From the IMG/VR virus record IMGVR_UViG_3300045988_149624: a stretch of 64,000 bases of DNA. One strand, given 5' to 3'. Source of the DNA: a virus. Below, one piece after another: positions 18,366 to 28,165 of the stretch. The first letter of the stretch is position 1, and each line of letters starts with the position of its first letter. A program made the translations under genes and the position numbers. The notes beneath the pieces are model-generated. The model did no database searches, was not told the origin of the DNA, and saw only the letters and a program-made list of their open reading frames with translations.

Positions 18366-18902
18366 CACAACCATACATACAGTAGAAGTATTCCACTATA
18401 CACAGGATATAAAGGAGCGACATATGATTCTTCTACTAGAAAGTTCACACTTGCACCATATAACAATTATGTAGATGTTGTATCTACTGGTTCTACTCAA
18501 TTAAAAATAGTAGATGAAAGTATAACAAGAACAGCTAATAAGGCTGATGGAACGTATTATATAATGTGTCAAGCGACAGGCTATAAGCAAAAGGGTAAGG
18601 AAAAAGCTATTAATTTACCTAGTGGACAAAATTTATTAAAAACTGAAAATCCAAGCTCTATACATGACAATGGTAATGGTCAACCTTGGTGGTATGCTTA
18701 TACAGGTACTCTGCCAGTACAACCAACATACATTATGGTGGACTTTGGATATGATAAAGTCACATTTAATATGTATTATATTAAAGATGTACTTACTAAA
18801 GATTTAGAAGAAAAAATTACAGTAAATGATTTTGACCCTACTAAGAATGAAAGAGTTTTATTTGATACACTTACTGTTAATTATTCAGACAGAAATAAAT
18901 AA
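18366..18902 (+). CDS. exon 2 of the LTD/metallophosphoesterase-like tail-module protein
   Basis: The frame opens at 18339 and reads HNHTYSRS from 18366. Joined to exon 1 it gives VDFVLCGHNHTYSRS, which matches purple-acid-phosphatase-type GHVHAYERS. The ATG at 18363 has no RBS. Confidence 0.7.
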   Translation, partial: HNHTYSRSIPLYTGYKGATYDSSTRKFTLAPYNNYVDVVSTGSTQLKIVDESITRTANKADGTYYIMCQATGYKQKGKEKAINLPSGQNLLKTENPSSIHDNGNGQPWWYAYTGTLPVQPTYIMVDFGYDKVTFNMYYIKDVLTKDLEEKITVNDFDPTKNERVLFDTLTVNYSDRNK

Positions 18903-18913
18903 GAGGTGATTAA

Positions 18914-21900
18914 ATGCCTACAATAAGAAAATATAATAAAGAAACAGAGAAATATAAAAGAATAGCTACCTCCGATGCGTTGGAGGTGGCTATTTTAGAC
19001 GCAGAAGGAAATTTTGAATCTGATAATGTAGAAGGTGCTTTAAGAGAATTAGGAGACGCTAAGGGGCAAATAGAAGTTAATAGAGGCATTATAGACGCTG
19101 TTAATTCTACTCTTACTGACCATATTAAAAATCACCCAAGTGGTGGGGGTGGCGGAGGCACAATGCCTACTATAAGCACCGACTGGAACGAAACTTCTAT
19201 TGACGGAGATAAAGACTTTACAATTCCTATTTATTTTACATCTCCCAATTTAGGAGAAGGTACTTTATATGTCTTAATTAATAATGTAGAAACATCTATA
19301 CAGACAATTTCTCAAGGTAACAATACTATTAAAATACCTGCTTTAGGGAGTGGTAAAAAAAGACTTTCTATTTATGTAAGAGATAGAGGACAACTTATGT
19401 CTAATCAATTAACATGGGATATTGTTTGTGGTGGTATCAAACTAACTGTAACGATGAACACAGATATAGATTATACTCTTAAAGATAGAATATTATTAAC
19501 TTACAATATAGACTGTGATTTACAAACTGATATAAATACGATTATTACTATTGACGGAACAGAATATACAGTTAAATCCAATAAAGGGTATAACTCTTAT
19601 GAAATTAAGGGTTTAACAGTAGGGGTTCATAAAGTTGAAATATATGCAACCGCTGATGTTTATTCTACTCCTTCTCAAGTATTTAATGTTATAGTTGTTG
19701 CTACAGAACAATTGTTTATAACCTCAACATTTGACACAACTAAACAATATGAAAAGGGTCAGCCTATGAATATTAATTACAGAGTCTCTATAGCAAACAC
19801 AGATTATTATACTATTAATATGTATGTTGATGATTTTGAAAAACCTATTAAGACATTATCTCAACAACCCGGAAACTACTATTGGACTTTTACTCCTGAA
19901 TTTGAGTTAGGAAAACATACTTTAAGAATAGAAGCTTATAACTCTGATAAGAGTAAAACTGCCACATTAGATTTGCCTTTTGAATTAGTTGCTTCTAGTT
20001 ATCAAGCTATGGAATATGTTAGTACAGGTCTAATAGCTTCTTTCAATGCGAAAAATAGAACTAATTCAGATGTTGACAGAGGGTATTGGGTAGACGATAT
20101 AAATGGATATATAGGAAGATTGTATAATTCAAATTATGGTACTAACGGTTGGATAGACGGAGAATTAGTATTAAATGGTAACACATATGTAGAGATTGAT
20201 ATGACTCCTTTTAGTGATAATGTAACTAGAGGATTCACTTTAGACATGGTATTTAGTGTGGAGGATATAGGTAATCCTTTAGCTAGAGTTATAGACTGCA
20301 CAAGTCTTTCTGCTCCTTATCCGGGGCTATATGTTAATCCTTATAAGGCTAATTTGGCTACTGTATCTCATAAGACAGAATTAGATATAGGGCAAGGAGA
20401 AGATATACAGATTACTTTTATGATTGATAGGGTTTCTAAATTTGGTAAGGTATTCATCAACGGAGTATGTTGTGACCCATTCCAATTATCAGATTCATCT
20501 TCTGGTAGCCAAATAATATATGAGCAAATTAAACACGAAGAAAAAATATATTTAAATAGTGAAAAAGGGACAAGTAATTTTGGCTCTTGCAAAATAAAAA
20601 GAATAATGATGTATGAAAGAGAATTATCAGACGAAGAGGTTCTTCAAAATAGAATAGCAGATATGAAAATAGAAGAGCAAGAAGAAGAATATAACAAAAA
20701 CTATAATGATGCTTATATGCCTTGTATGTACATTTATGGAGATATAAGCAATATGACTTTAACAAATAAAAAAGAAGTTAGAATAAAATATGTTTCACCT
20801 AATGCTGATTTATATGGGTCATCTTTTGAATATCCTAGATGTAAAATGTATTGGCAAGGGACTTCTTCTATTCAATATGCTAATAAGAATTTTAATATAG
20901 AACTAGGAGATAGTGACGGAAATCAAGTATTTTATACTCCTTTTAAGAATGGTATTTTAGAATATTTATTCTGTTTAAAATGTAATCAAATGGAATCTTC
21001 TAATGTTATGAATACAGGGTCTGCTATGTTTGTTAATGACAACTTATATGTAGAAAAGAATCCTGCCCAATTAAAGAATGATAAAGTTAGACAGGCTATT
21101 GAAGGTTTCCCTATACTTTTATATATAAATGATGAATTTGTCGGACTGTATGATTTCAACTTAGATAGATATAGTTATCGTTCTTATGGATATAACTTAT
21201 TTGATAAGTGTTTAGCTTATGAAGTATCAGCCAACTCTGACACAACAGCAGGTGCTTTTAATTCTTGGACTTCTTCTAGTGGTAAGACAGAACAAAATTA
21301 TTATGCTTCTGATTTTGAATGTTTATATCCTCCAAGTAGACAAAATGGTAATGACAACTTTGCAGAATTAAAAACATTAGTTGATTTCGTAAGTGGTGCA
21401 GATGAAGATTTATTTAAAGAACAGTTTGATACTTATTTTGATAGACAGTCTGTATTTAGATATTATTTATTTGTACAAGTATTTGGGGGAATAGATTCTC
21501 TGGGAAAAAATATGAAAATAGTTACATTTGATGGTATAAAATGGTATTTGCAAGTATATGACTTAGATAGTTTAATGGGGTTAGACAATACTGGTGCATT
21601 AACGTTTGATGTTGACATAGAAGTTGAAAGTGGAGTATTTAATACATCTAATTCTAAACTATGGAGTAAAATTAGACTTTATTTTGCTAATGAATTAAAA
21701 CAAGAATATATTAATATGAGAAATGGTGTATTCACACTTGAAAATATGTATAAATATTTTTACGATAATCAGATGGATAAAATACCTGTAAGATACTATA
21801 ATAAATCTACTGAATATAAATATTTAAGATTTGGTGCAAAATATTTATATGCCTGTCATGGTAATAGATATTTCCAAATAAAAAGATGGTTAAAAGAAAG

Positions 21901-24900
21901 ATTGTTATATTGTGATACTTTATTCGGATATGAACCTTCTACTTCTAATTTTGTTACTGTTCGTTGTAATAAACAAGGTAAGGTTTCGATGAACATATCG
22001 ACTTATAGTCCTATGTATTTATCTGTAAAATGGAGAGACGAAGCAGATGGCAGCGGAACACAAACATTAAAAATACCTAGAAATAAATCAGTTAAATTTA
22101 GTTATACGATTCCTACTGCTACAGATCAGGAAGTTATTATATATGGGGCAGAATACATCAAGTCTTTAGGAGATTTAAGTACCTGCAATCCAACTCACTT
22201 ACTTTTATCAAATGCTACGAGAATAAATGAGGTAATATGTAGAAACAGTTCAAAATTAGTAAATGCAGAAATAAATGGTTGCAGCTATTTACAAAAAATA
22301 GATTTTAACGGCTGTTCTAATTTAGGTAGTTTAACCAGTTATCAGGTTATGGAATTAGCTACCTGTCAAAACTTGAAATATTTAGATATAAGAGGAACAA
22401 AAATGACAGGGGTAAACTTTGATAATAATGGTGGTAACTTAGAGGAAATATATCTTCCTAAAACAATAACATCATTATACTTGAGAAACCAATATGCTTT
22501 AAAAATTGTAGGTTTGACAAGTGTTAGTTGGTATTCTCCATTTCATACAGAAGCTTTAAGTGGAGCAAGTGATATAACATCATTTACATTAATTAATTGT
22601 CCTTTAGTAGAAAGACTTACTACCCGTTCAGATATAAGTATGAGTGGATGGAATCAAACATTTTATGATTTTAATGGGAATGCAAGGAATGTGGATACAT
22701 TAGGAGATTATGAAGACGCTACTAAGTTTAGAAAGATGGCTCTTTTTGGACTAGGATTATGTAATGCAACTTCTATTCATATAGAAAACAGTATGTTATC
22801 TACTAGATATATGTCTTTTAGATTTAATTATAGACTAGAAGAATTAACATTAAAATACCTACCTAATCTTCAAGAGTTGACTATTGGAGAAACTCAAACA
22901 GGACATAGATGGAATGTAACAGATGATATGTGTGGTTCTTTTGATTTTAATAATATTAATATCACAGAATGTCCTAATATAAAAACATTTAGAATACATC
23001 AATATGATGAGAGACAACCTAAATGGTTTAATAGTGGAACTAATGTAATAGATTTAACTAAGTTTGAAAATCTTGAAACATTTACTTGTAATATTACTAC
23101 TCAAGATTTAAACACGATAATTCTTCCTTCTACATTAAAGATGATATGGATTAAGCCGATGTGTGGATTCTCTAGTACTAATTATCCTAATAATTGTTTA
23201 AAATCAAAATGCACTCTAAAGAATATATATTTTAAGGAAGACCATCCAAACGGATATGAAGGAATAGACTTTGGAAATAGGGAATTAACAGAATTATGTT
23301 TATCTGGGGTAATACAGTCAACAGGAACAATAACTGGGGTAAATACTAAAAATACTTATGTTAGTCCTGTATTTAATAATATGAATGAAAAAGAAAGAGG
23401 TTCTGAATCTTATCCTGAAGTAAAAGTCCAAGGGAAAATAGACTTATCTAATTATGATTGGACGGAAGCATACTGGTGGTTCACAAATGTTAATTTTACT
23501 TCTGATAATTTAGAATTTATTATGCCTAATGACTGGGATTATCTAATAGATACTCGCTTGAAAAGAGTAAGAGGGGTATTCTTTGATTGTACAAACCCAA
23601 ATTTTACTTGGGAATTTGCAGGTAGATTTTTTAAATTATTACAAGACAGAGATGATTTAGGAAAAACATATAAATATGCAACACTTCAAGAACAATCTTC
23701 TTATGAAGAACAGGCAGTTACAATAGAAAATAATTATGATATAGCAGATTATAACTATGGAGACACACCTTTTGTTGGTTCTAATCTTAAATACATTAGA
23801 GAATGTAATTTTAAAGGAAATGCTATAGCATATGGTACTTTCAGAAATTCAAATCTTGTAAAAGTTGGAACAATTACTTGTAGTGGCTCAAATGTATGGT
23901 GGAGTTCCGAAAGTTTATTCCAAAACAGTAAAAACTTAGAAGAAGTAGAGTGTATCAATATGACTGGAGCTAATAGTACTACAAACTGGTTTGCTAGTTG
24001 TCCTAAATTAAAAAGAGTTGGAACAGTAAATGTAAATGCTAAGAATATAAATCAAATGTATGCTTATTGTCCTCAGCTAACAGAATTAGCATTACCTACT
24101 TTAACTAATTTAGAGAGAATGAGTGGGTTTGTTAGAGGGTGCACTTCTTTAACTGAATTACATCTTAATGAAATAACAGAAAACACTCCTTTAGAATATA
24201 TGGACTGGGCATTTAGAGATTGCCCTAATTTAACTTCTGTAACTATTGGAGGAACTACTCTACCCCCAACATTGGTAACAATGGAGGGAGCGTATTATGG
24301 AGATAAAAAGCTTACAAAAGTAATTCCTTTACCTAATGATTTTAGTAATAAATGTAGTATGCGTTCTTGTTGTTATGGTTGTTCTTCATTAACAGATGAT
24401 AATATATATAAAACTCTTCCATATAATGTAAGTAATATGGATTATATTTATTATGCTTGTCATGGATTGACAAATCCGTCTATAGTAGTCAATTCTGACA
24501 GAACAAGTTCTCAATCTTGTTTTGAGGGGTGTGCAAACATAAAATCTGTTAGAGCAGAATTTAATGGTACATATTCTTATGGATTTAATAATTTCTGTAA
24601 TAACTGTGGAGAACTCACAGATGCTTATATTAAATTCCCTTATTCTCTATATTTTAATGATGATGCACAGACTTGCTCTGAAAATGGGAATATATTTGCT
24701 TATTGTAAAAAGCTTATAAACGTAGAGTTGAATATGACTAGATTAGAAAGTAAATCAGATTTTAGAGCAATGTTTAGACAGGATAAATATATAGAATCTA
24801 TAAAAGGATTTGATTTAAGCAATCTTCATAGAGATGATAGAAGACCAAATGATAACGCTTGGTATTTTACTTATGATACATCTTTTGAATTTATGAAGGA

Positions 24901-25120
24901 TTGGGTATTTGCGACAGACGAAAATGGTAATACTAAAAAATTAACAAATTCATATAAGATGTATAATTTAGAATTAACTCCTGCTGCTACTATAGAATCT
25001 CTTATGAATGGGTTAGGAACAGTACAAGCAGAAACATTAACATTAGGTCAAGCAACCTTAAATAGGCTATCGGAAGAACAAAAAGCTAATGCAGTAGCAA
25101 ATGGTTGGACTTTAGCGTAG
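18914..25120 (+). CDS. 2068-aa host-interaction protein: LamG-like + CotH-like + two leucine-rich-repeat regions
   Basis: RBS AAGAGGTGA is present, and PSGGGGGGT forms an N-terminal linker. A LamG-like block (LVLNGNTYVEIDM...GFTLDMVFSV...GKVFINGV...IMMYERELSDEEV) spans about nt 20100-20640. CotH-like motifs (KNFNIEL, FPILLYINDEFVGLYDFNLDR, FRYYLFVQVFGGIDSLGKNMKIVTFDGIKWYLQVYDLDSLMG) span about nt 20700-21630. LRR and BspA-type repeats (CxNLxxLxL, CPxLxxV, CTSLTELHL) span about nt 22030-24600. Confidence 0.8.
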   Translation: MPTIRKYNKETEKYKRIATSDALEVAILDAEGNFESDNVEGALRELGDAKGQIEVNRGIIDAVNSTLTDHIKNHPSGGGGGGTMPTISTDWNETSIDGDKDFTIPIYFTSPNLGEGTLYVLINNVETSIQTISQGNNTIKIPALGSGKKRLSIYVRDRGQLMSNQLTWDIVCGGIKLTVTMNTDIDYTLKDRILLTYNIDCDLQTDINTIITIDGTEYTVKSNKGYNSYEIKGLTVGVHKVEIYATADVYSTPSQVFNVIVVATEQLFITSTFDTTKQYEKGQPMNINYRVSIANTDYYTINMYVDDFEKPIKTLSQQPGNYYWTFTPEFELGKHTLRIEAYNSDKSKTATLDLPFELVASSYQAMEYVSTGLIASFNAKNRTNSDVDRGYWVDDINGYIGRLYNSNYGTNGWIDGELVLNGNTYVEIDMTPFSDNVTRGFTLDMVFSVEDIGNPLARVIDCTSLSAPYPGLYVNPYKANLATVSHKTELDIGQGEDIQITFMIDRVSKFGKVFINGVCCDPFQLSDSSSGSQIIYEQIKHEEKIYLNSEKGTSNFGSCKIKRIMMYERELSDEEVLQNRIADMKIEEQEEEYNKNYNDAYMPCMYIYGDISNMTLTNKKEVRIKYVSPNADLYGSSFEYPRCKMYWQGTSSIQYANKNFNIELGDSDGNQVFYTPFKNGILEYLFCLKCNQMESSNVMNTGSAMFVNDNLYVEKNPAQLKNDKVRQAIEGFPILLYINDEFVGLYDFNLDRYSYRSYGYNLFDKCLAYEVSANSDTTAGAFNSWTSSSGKTEQNYYASDFECLYPPSRQNGNDNFAELKTLVDFVSGADEDLFKEQFDTYFDRQSVFRYYLFVQVFGGIDSLGKNMKIVTFDGIKWYLQVYDLDSLMGLDNTGALTFDVDIEVESGVFNTSNSKLWSKIRLYFANELKQEYINMRNGVFTLENMYKYFYDNQMDKIPVRYYNKSTEYKYLRFGAKYLYACHGNRYFQIKRWLKERLLYCDTLFGYEPSTSNFVTVRCNKQGKVSMNISTYSPMYLSVKWRDEADGSGTQTLKIPRNKSVKFSYTIPTATDQEVIIYGAEYIKSLGDLSTCNPTHLLLSNATRINEVICRNSSKLVNAEINGCSYLQKIDFNGCSNLGSLTSYQVMELATCQNLKYLDIRGTKMTGVNFDNNGGNLEEIYLPKTITSLYLRNQYALKIVGLTSVSWYSPFHTEALSGASDITSFTLINCPLVERLTTRSDISMSGWNQTFYDFNGNARNVDTLGDYEDATKFRKMALFGLGLCNATSIHIENSMLSTRYMSFRFNYRLEELTLKYLPNLQELTIGETQTGHRWNVTDDMCGSFDFNNINITECPNIKTFRIHQYDERQPKWFNSGTNVIDLTKFENLETFTCNITTQDLNTIILPSTLKMIWIKPMCGFSSTNYPNNCLKSKCTLKNIYFKEDHPNGYEGIDFGNRELTELCLSGVIQSTGTITGVNTKNTYVSPVFNNMNEKERGSESYPEVKVQGKIDLSNYDWTEAYWWFTNVNFTSDNLEFIMPNDWDYLIDTRLKRVRGVFFDCTNPNFTWEFAGRFFKLLQDRDDLGKTYKYATLQEQSSYEEQAVTIENNYDIADYNYGDTPFVGSNLKYIRECNFKGNAIAYGTFRNSNLVKVGTITCSGSNVWWSSESLFQNSKNLEEVECINMTGANSTTNWFASCPKLKRVGTVNVNAKNINQMYAYCPQLTELALPTLTNLERMSGFVRGCTSLTELHLNEITENTPLEYMDWAFRDCPNLTSVTIGGTTLPPTLVTMEGAYYGDKKLTKVIPLPNDFSNKCSMRSCCYGCSSLTDDNIYKTLPYNVSNMDYIYYACHGLTNPSIVVNSDRTSSQSCFEGCANIKSVRAEFNGTYSYGFNNFCNNCGELTDAYIKFPYSLYFNDDAQTCSENGNIFAYCKKLINVELNMTRLESKSDFRAMFRQDKYIESIKGFDLSNLHRDDRRPNDNAWYFTYDTSFEFMKDWVFATDENGNTKKLTNSYKMYNLELTPAATIESLMNGLGTVQAETLTLGQATLNRLSEEQKANAVANGWTLA

Positions 25121-25128
25121 GTGATTAT

Positions 25129-25710
25129 ATGAATAATATAGAAATAATAGAAAAAAAAGGTTATAGAATATTAAGACCAAAAGAGGGTTATATCCTTTAT
25201 AAAGATGGAGAAATCTTTGAAGGAGATGTGATACTAGGAGTCAATGCGACTCCTAGTGCTTATTCTACTATAGAGGATGTAAATTATAAAGAAATACAAA
25301 AGAAAATTGAAGAATTAGACCCTCTTAAAGAATTAAAAGAACAGAGAATTGAGTTGAGCAAAAATAATTTAGCACAATATCTTAAAGATAATCCATTATT
25401 TTCTACTGTTAAGTATGAAGAAGGAAGATATTATAATGTGACAATGGAGAAACAACAGTTGTTAACAAGTACTTTGCTTTCATATCAGTTAGATAATATC
25501 TTTGGAACAGAATCAAACTTGAAATGGAATGACACCAAAAATGTATGCGAACCTTATTCTTTTGAACAGTTAGGGAGATTGTCTAAAGAAATAAAATTAT
25601 ATGTTGAGCCATTAGTAGAAAAACAACAACAAATGGAAGTTAATATTAGAAATTGCAAAACAGAAGAAGAAGTGTTTAGTATTAAATTAGATTTTGAAGG
25701 AGTTGATTAG
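25129..25710 (+). CDS. tail-fibre accessory/assembly-type protein (DUF4376/XkdW-like pattern)
   Basis: ATG 25129 is preferred, with AGGTGA 4 nt upstream. The C-terminal half (NLAQYLKDNPLF...LKWNDTKNVCEPYSFEQLGRLSKEIKLYVEPLVEKQQQMEVNIRNCKTEEEVFSI) follows the pattern I recall for DUF4376 fibre-associated proteins. Confidence 0.45.
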   Translation: MNNIEIIEKKGYRILRPKEGYILYKDGEIFEGDVILGVNATPSAYSTIEDVNYKEIQKKIEELDPLKELKEQRIELSKNNLAQYLKDNPLFSTVKYEEGRYYNVTMEKQQLLTSTLLSYQLDNIFGTESNLKWNDTKNVCEPYSFEQLGRLSKEIKLYVEPLVEKQQQMEVNIRNCKTEEEVFSIKLDFEGVD

Positions 25711-26508
25711 ATGAAAGAGTTAATTGATTATTTTAATGAAAAATATACTAAAAAGAAAGAGTATATTTGTAAAGATTTAAACCCTATTAAATTATTAAAT
25801 AGCGATGAATACGATAATTTTAGGGGTGAAGCTGGTTTAATAATCCTACAAAAACTTCAATATTATCCATTATTTAAAGTGCCGAAGATAAAAAATAATA
25901 GACCAGCATCTATTGGTTATATTTTAAAAACGGATAATGAAGAATATAAAGGGAGCATGAAACAAGTTGTAAGAAACGGGCATAAACTAAATGCATATAG
26001 CAATCCTTATATTAGAATTGCAATAAACGGAGACGAGGTTGCTTTAGATAAAAATAATATATCTATAAACGTAAATAACTGTTCTTTAACATTATATATA
26101 GATTCTCCTGAGCTACCTAAATTAGAATATCCTAAAAATAAAATGGATATGTATAGAGCGTTAAATTTTATAGAGGCAGTATGCTATTCTATTTATGACA
26201 TTAATTTATTTGGGCTTTTTAATGAGGCAATGAATGATATCTTCTCCCCTAATAATATAGATGAAATTGATTTATTTTTAGAAAATTCTCTATTTTGTGT
26301 TGGTTTTAACATTAGAAACAATGCTTATTTTGTAAATCCTGATAAAGATAATTACTATACAATATTAGATGCAATCAAAAAAGGAAAAGCAATATATAAA
26401 GATTTAGAGACACCCCTTGTTAATTGGAAGATAAATAAAGAAGAAAAAGTAATATATTTAGGAGAGCTAATGGCTACCGAAAAAGGTTTAGGACTACCAC
26501 CAAACTAG
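25711..26508 (+). CDS. 265-aa protein, divergent member of the shared-N-terminus family
   Basis: It starts MKELIDYFNEKYTKK, like the family leader (M-N/K-E/K-L-I-x-Y/F-F-N-E-x-Y). The YP-x6-YR-x3-I element is displaced to about aa 140 (EYPKNKMDMYRALNFI). Confidence 0.6.
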   Translation: MKELIDYFNEKYTKKKEYICKDLNPIKLLNSDEYDNFRGEAGLIILQKLQYYPLFKVPKIKNNRPASIGYILKTDNEEYKGSMKQVVRNGHKLNAYSNPYIRIAINGDEVALDKNNISINVNNCSLTLYIDSPELPKLEYPKNKMDMYRALNFIEAVCYSIYDINLFGLFNEAMNDIFSPNNIDEIDLFLENSLFCVGFNIRNNAYFVNPDKDNYYTILDAIKKGKAIYKDLETPLVNWKINKEEKVIYLGELMATEKGLGLPPN

Positions 26509-26521
26509 AAAGGAGTTTAAA

Positions 26522-26869
26522 ATGAACGAATTAATTAAATTATATAACAATAAATATTCTAAAATAGAATATCCAAAAACTAAATTAGATTTTTACTATG
26601 TTTATTTATTTTTACAAAATAAAATAAATGAATATGATGATGGTGAATTAAGAAAATTATTTGAAAAAATAGAAATTCCAAAACCAACAACTCTTAAAGA
26701 ATTGGATATATATAGAGAGTGTGTTGACTTTATTAATGGTATTAGAATTTCTAAAACAGGAAACAAAAGTACTCATTCTCTTAGTGATACTTCCTATAGA
26801 TTGGGGTTTCATGAAGTTTATGAAGAAAATGGATATTTATATTATTATCTTGAAGGGGGAATGGAGTAA
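26522..26869 (+). CDS. 115-aa member of the shared-N-terminus family (short form)
   Basis: MNELIKLYNNKYSKIEYPKTKLDFYYVYLFLQ...LRKLFEKIEIPKPTTLKELDIYRECV aligns over about 70 aa with the N-termini of ORFs 28166, 30824 and 35945. Confidence 0.7.
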   Translation: MNELIKLYNNKYSKIEYPKTKLDFYYVYLFLQNKINEYDDGELRKLFEKIEIPKPTTLKELDIYRECVDFINGIRISKTGNKSTHSLSDTSYRLGFHEVYEENGYLYYYLEGGME

Positions 26870-27285
26870 TGAAAAAAATAATAGATAAATATAATGAAAA
26901 GAATCTTTTACCATTTCCACTGCCATATCCAAAAACAGATTTACAAATATTAAAAACATATAAATTTTTATCTATGATTCAAGATGATGAAATACAAAAA
27001 ATGTTAAAAGATATTAAATTGCCTAAAATAGATTCTTGGAAAGATTATTTTTCTTTAAATGAAGATGGGAACGAATATTATACTATAAGTGTGCCAAAAG
27101 AAACAAATGAGTGGGAAAATGAAATAGACGAGATAGAAGAAGCTATAAGAAAAGGTAAGATTATTCTAGTAGAAAACGATGAGGGTATAATATGTACTGC
27201 TGAAAGTGTGGAAATAAAATTGGAGACCAAAAAGATACAGATTACAACTAAAGATTCTGATTATGGGAATATGGGACCCGTATAA
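26869..27285 (+). CDS. 138-aa member of the shared-N-terminus family (short form)
   Basis: MKKIIDKYNEKNLLPFPLPYPKTDLQILKTYKFL...IQKMLKDIKLPKIDSWKDY matches the family. Its start overlaps the previous stop (TAATG). Confidence 0.7.
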   Translation: MKKIIDKYNEKNLLPFPLPYPKTDLQILKTYKFLSMIQDDEIQKMLKDIKLPKIDSWKDYFSLNEDGNEYYTISVPKETNEWENEIDEIEEAIRKGKIILVENDEGIICTAESVEIKLETKKIQITTKDSDYGNMGPV

Positions 27286-27323
27286 AGAACTAATTAAATT
27301 AATTAAACACTTATAAATAATTT

Positions 27324-27352
27324 AGAGTAGGGGTTGCCCTACTCTTTTTTTA
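27324..27352 (+). terminator. rho-independent terminator (cassette copy 1)
   Basis: AGAGTAGGG-GTTG-CCCTACTCT is followed by T7. The same stem sequence recurs at 30170. Confidence 0.8.
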
Positions 27353-27371
27353 ATATAAAGGAGATGGTTTT

Positions 27372-28157
27372 ATGGTATCAAAACCAAAAATGATAGAAAG
27401 TTTTATTACAAAAAATAAATATAGTAGACCCGGAACAAAACGTTCAAGAACTACTAAAATAGCATGGCATTATACTGGTGCGCATGATGTATCTGCTAAA
27501 GCAACCATGAATTACTTTAAAAACTTAGCAACAACACATACAACTTATGCAAGTTCTCACTTTGTATGTGGACTTGATGGAGAAATATATTATATAGTTC
27601 CTATGAGTGAAATAGCATATACAACTAACAGTGCAAACTATTATTCTATCGGTATAGAATGTGCAACTACTGGAACTGATGACCATTATTCAGATAAAGA
27701 ATACGTGTCTATGGTTAAATTAGGAGCTTGGTTGGCTCAATATTACGGATTAGACCCTAGAAAAGACTTTATAAGACATTATGATGTAACTAGAAAGGTA
27801 TGCCCAAGATACTTTGTTAATCATAAAGATAAATGGAATCAGTTTAAATTAGATTGCTATAATCTTAAAGAAGGTAAAATAAAAGTATCTGATATTGTGA
27901 ATTGTACTAATGGAAAAAAACATACTTCTAAAGTCCCTAGCACTACAACTAAAAAACAATATTTAAGAGTGCTTCAAGATGTTAATGTACATAGCACTCC
28001 TGACTTTAAGTCTAGTTCTGTTTGTGGTAAAGCAGAAAAAGGAGAAGCGCTTACTATTGTTAAAAAGATAGAGAGACCCGGAACAGATATGTATTTAGTG
28101 AAGGCAGGTTATTATATAACTGCTAGTAGTAAATATGTAGAAGTATTTGAGAGATAG
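27372..28157 (+). CDS. endolysin: N-acetylmuramoyl-L-alanine amidase (Amidase_2/PGRP type) + SH3-like wall-binding domain
   Basis: Amidase_2 signatures are IAWHYTGA, SSHFVCGLDGEIYYIVP, SIGIECA and IRHYDVTRKVCPRYF. The C-terminus YLRVLQDVNVHSTPDFKSSSVCGKAEKGEALTIV...YITASSKYVE is SH3b-like. Confidence 0.8.
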   Translation: MVSKPKMIESFITKNKYSRPGTKRSRTTKIAWHYTGAHDVSAKATMNYFKNLATTHTTYASSHFVCGLDGEIYYIVPMSEIAYTTNSANYYSIGIECATTGTDDHYSDKEYVSMVKLGAWLAQYYGLDPRKDFIRHYDVTRKVCPRYFVNHKDKWNQFKLDCYNLKEGKIKVSDIVNCTNGKKHTSKVPSTTTKKQYLRVLQDVNVHSTPDFKSSSVCGKAEKGEALTIVKKIERPGTDMYLVKAGYYITASSKYVEVFER

Positions 28158-28165
28158 GTGATTAA

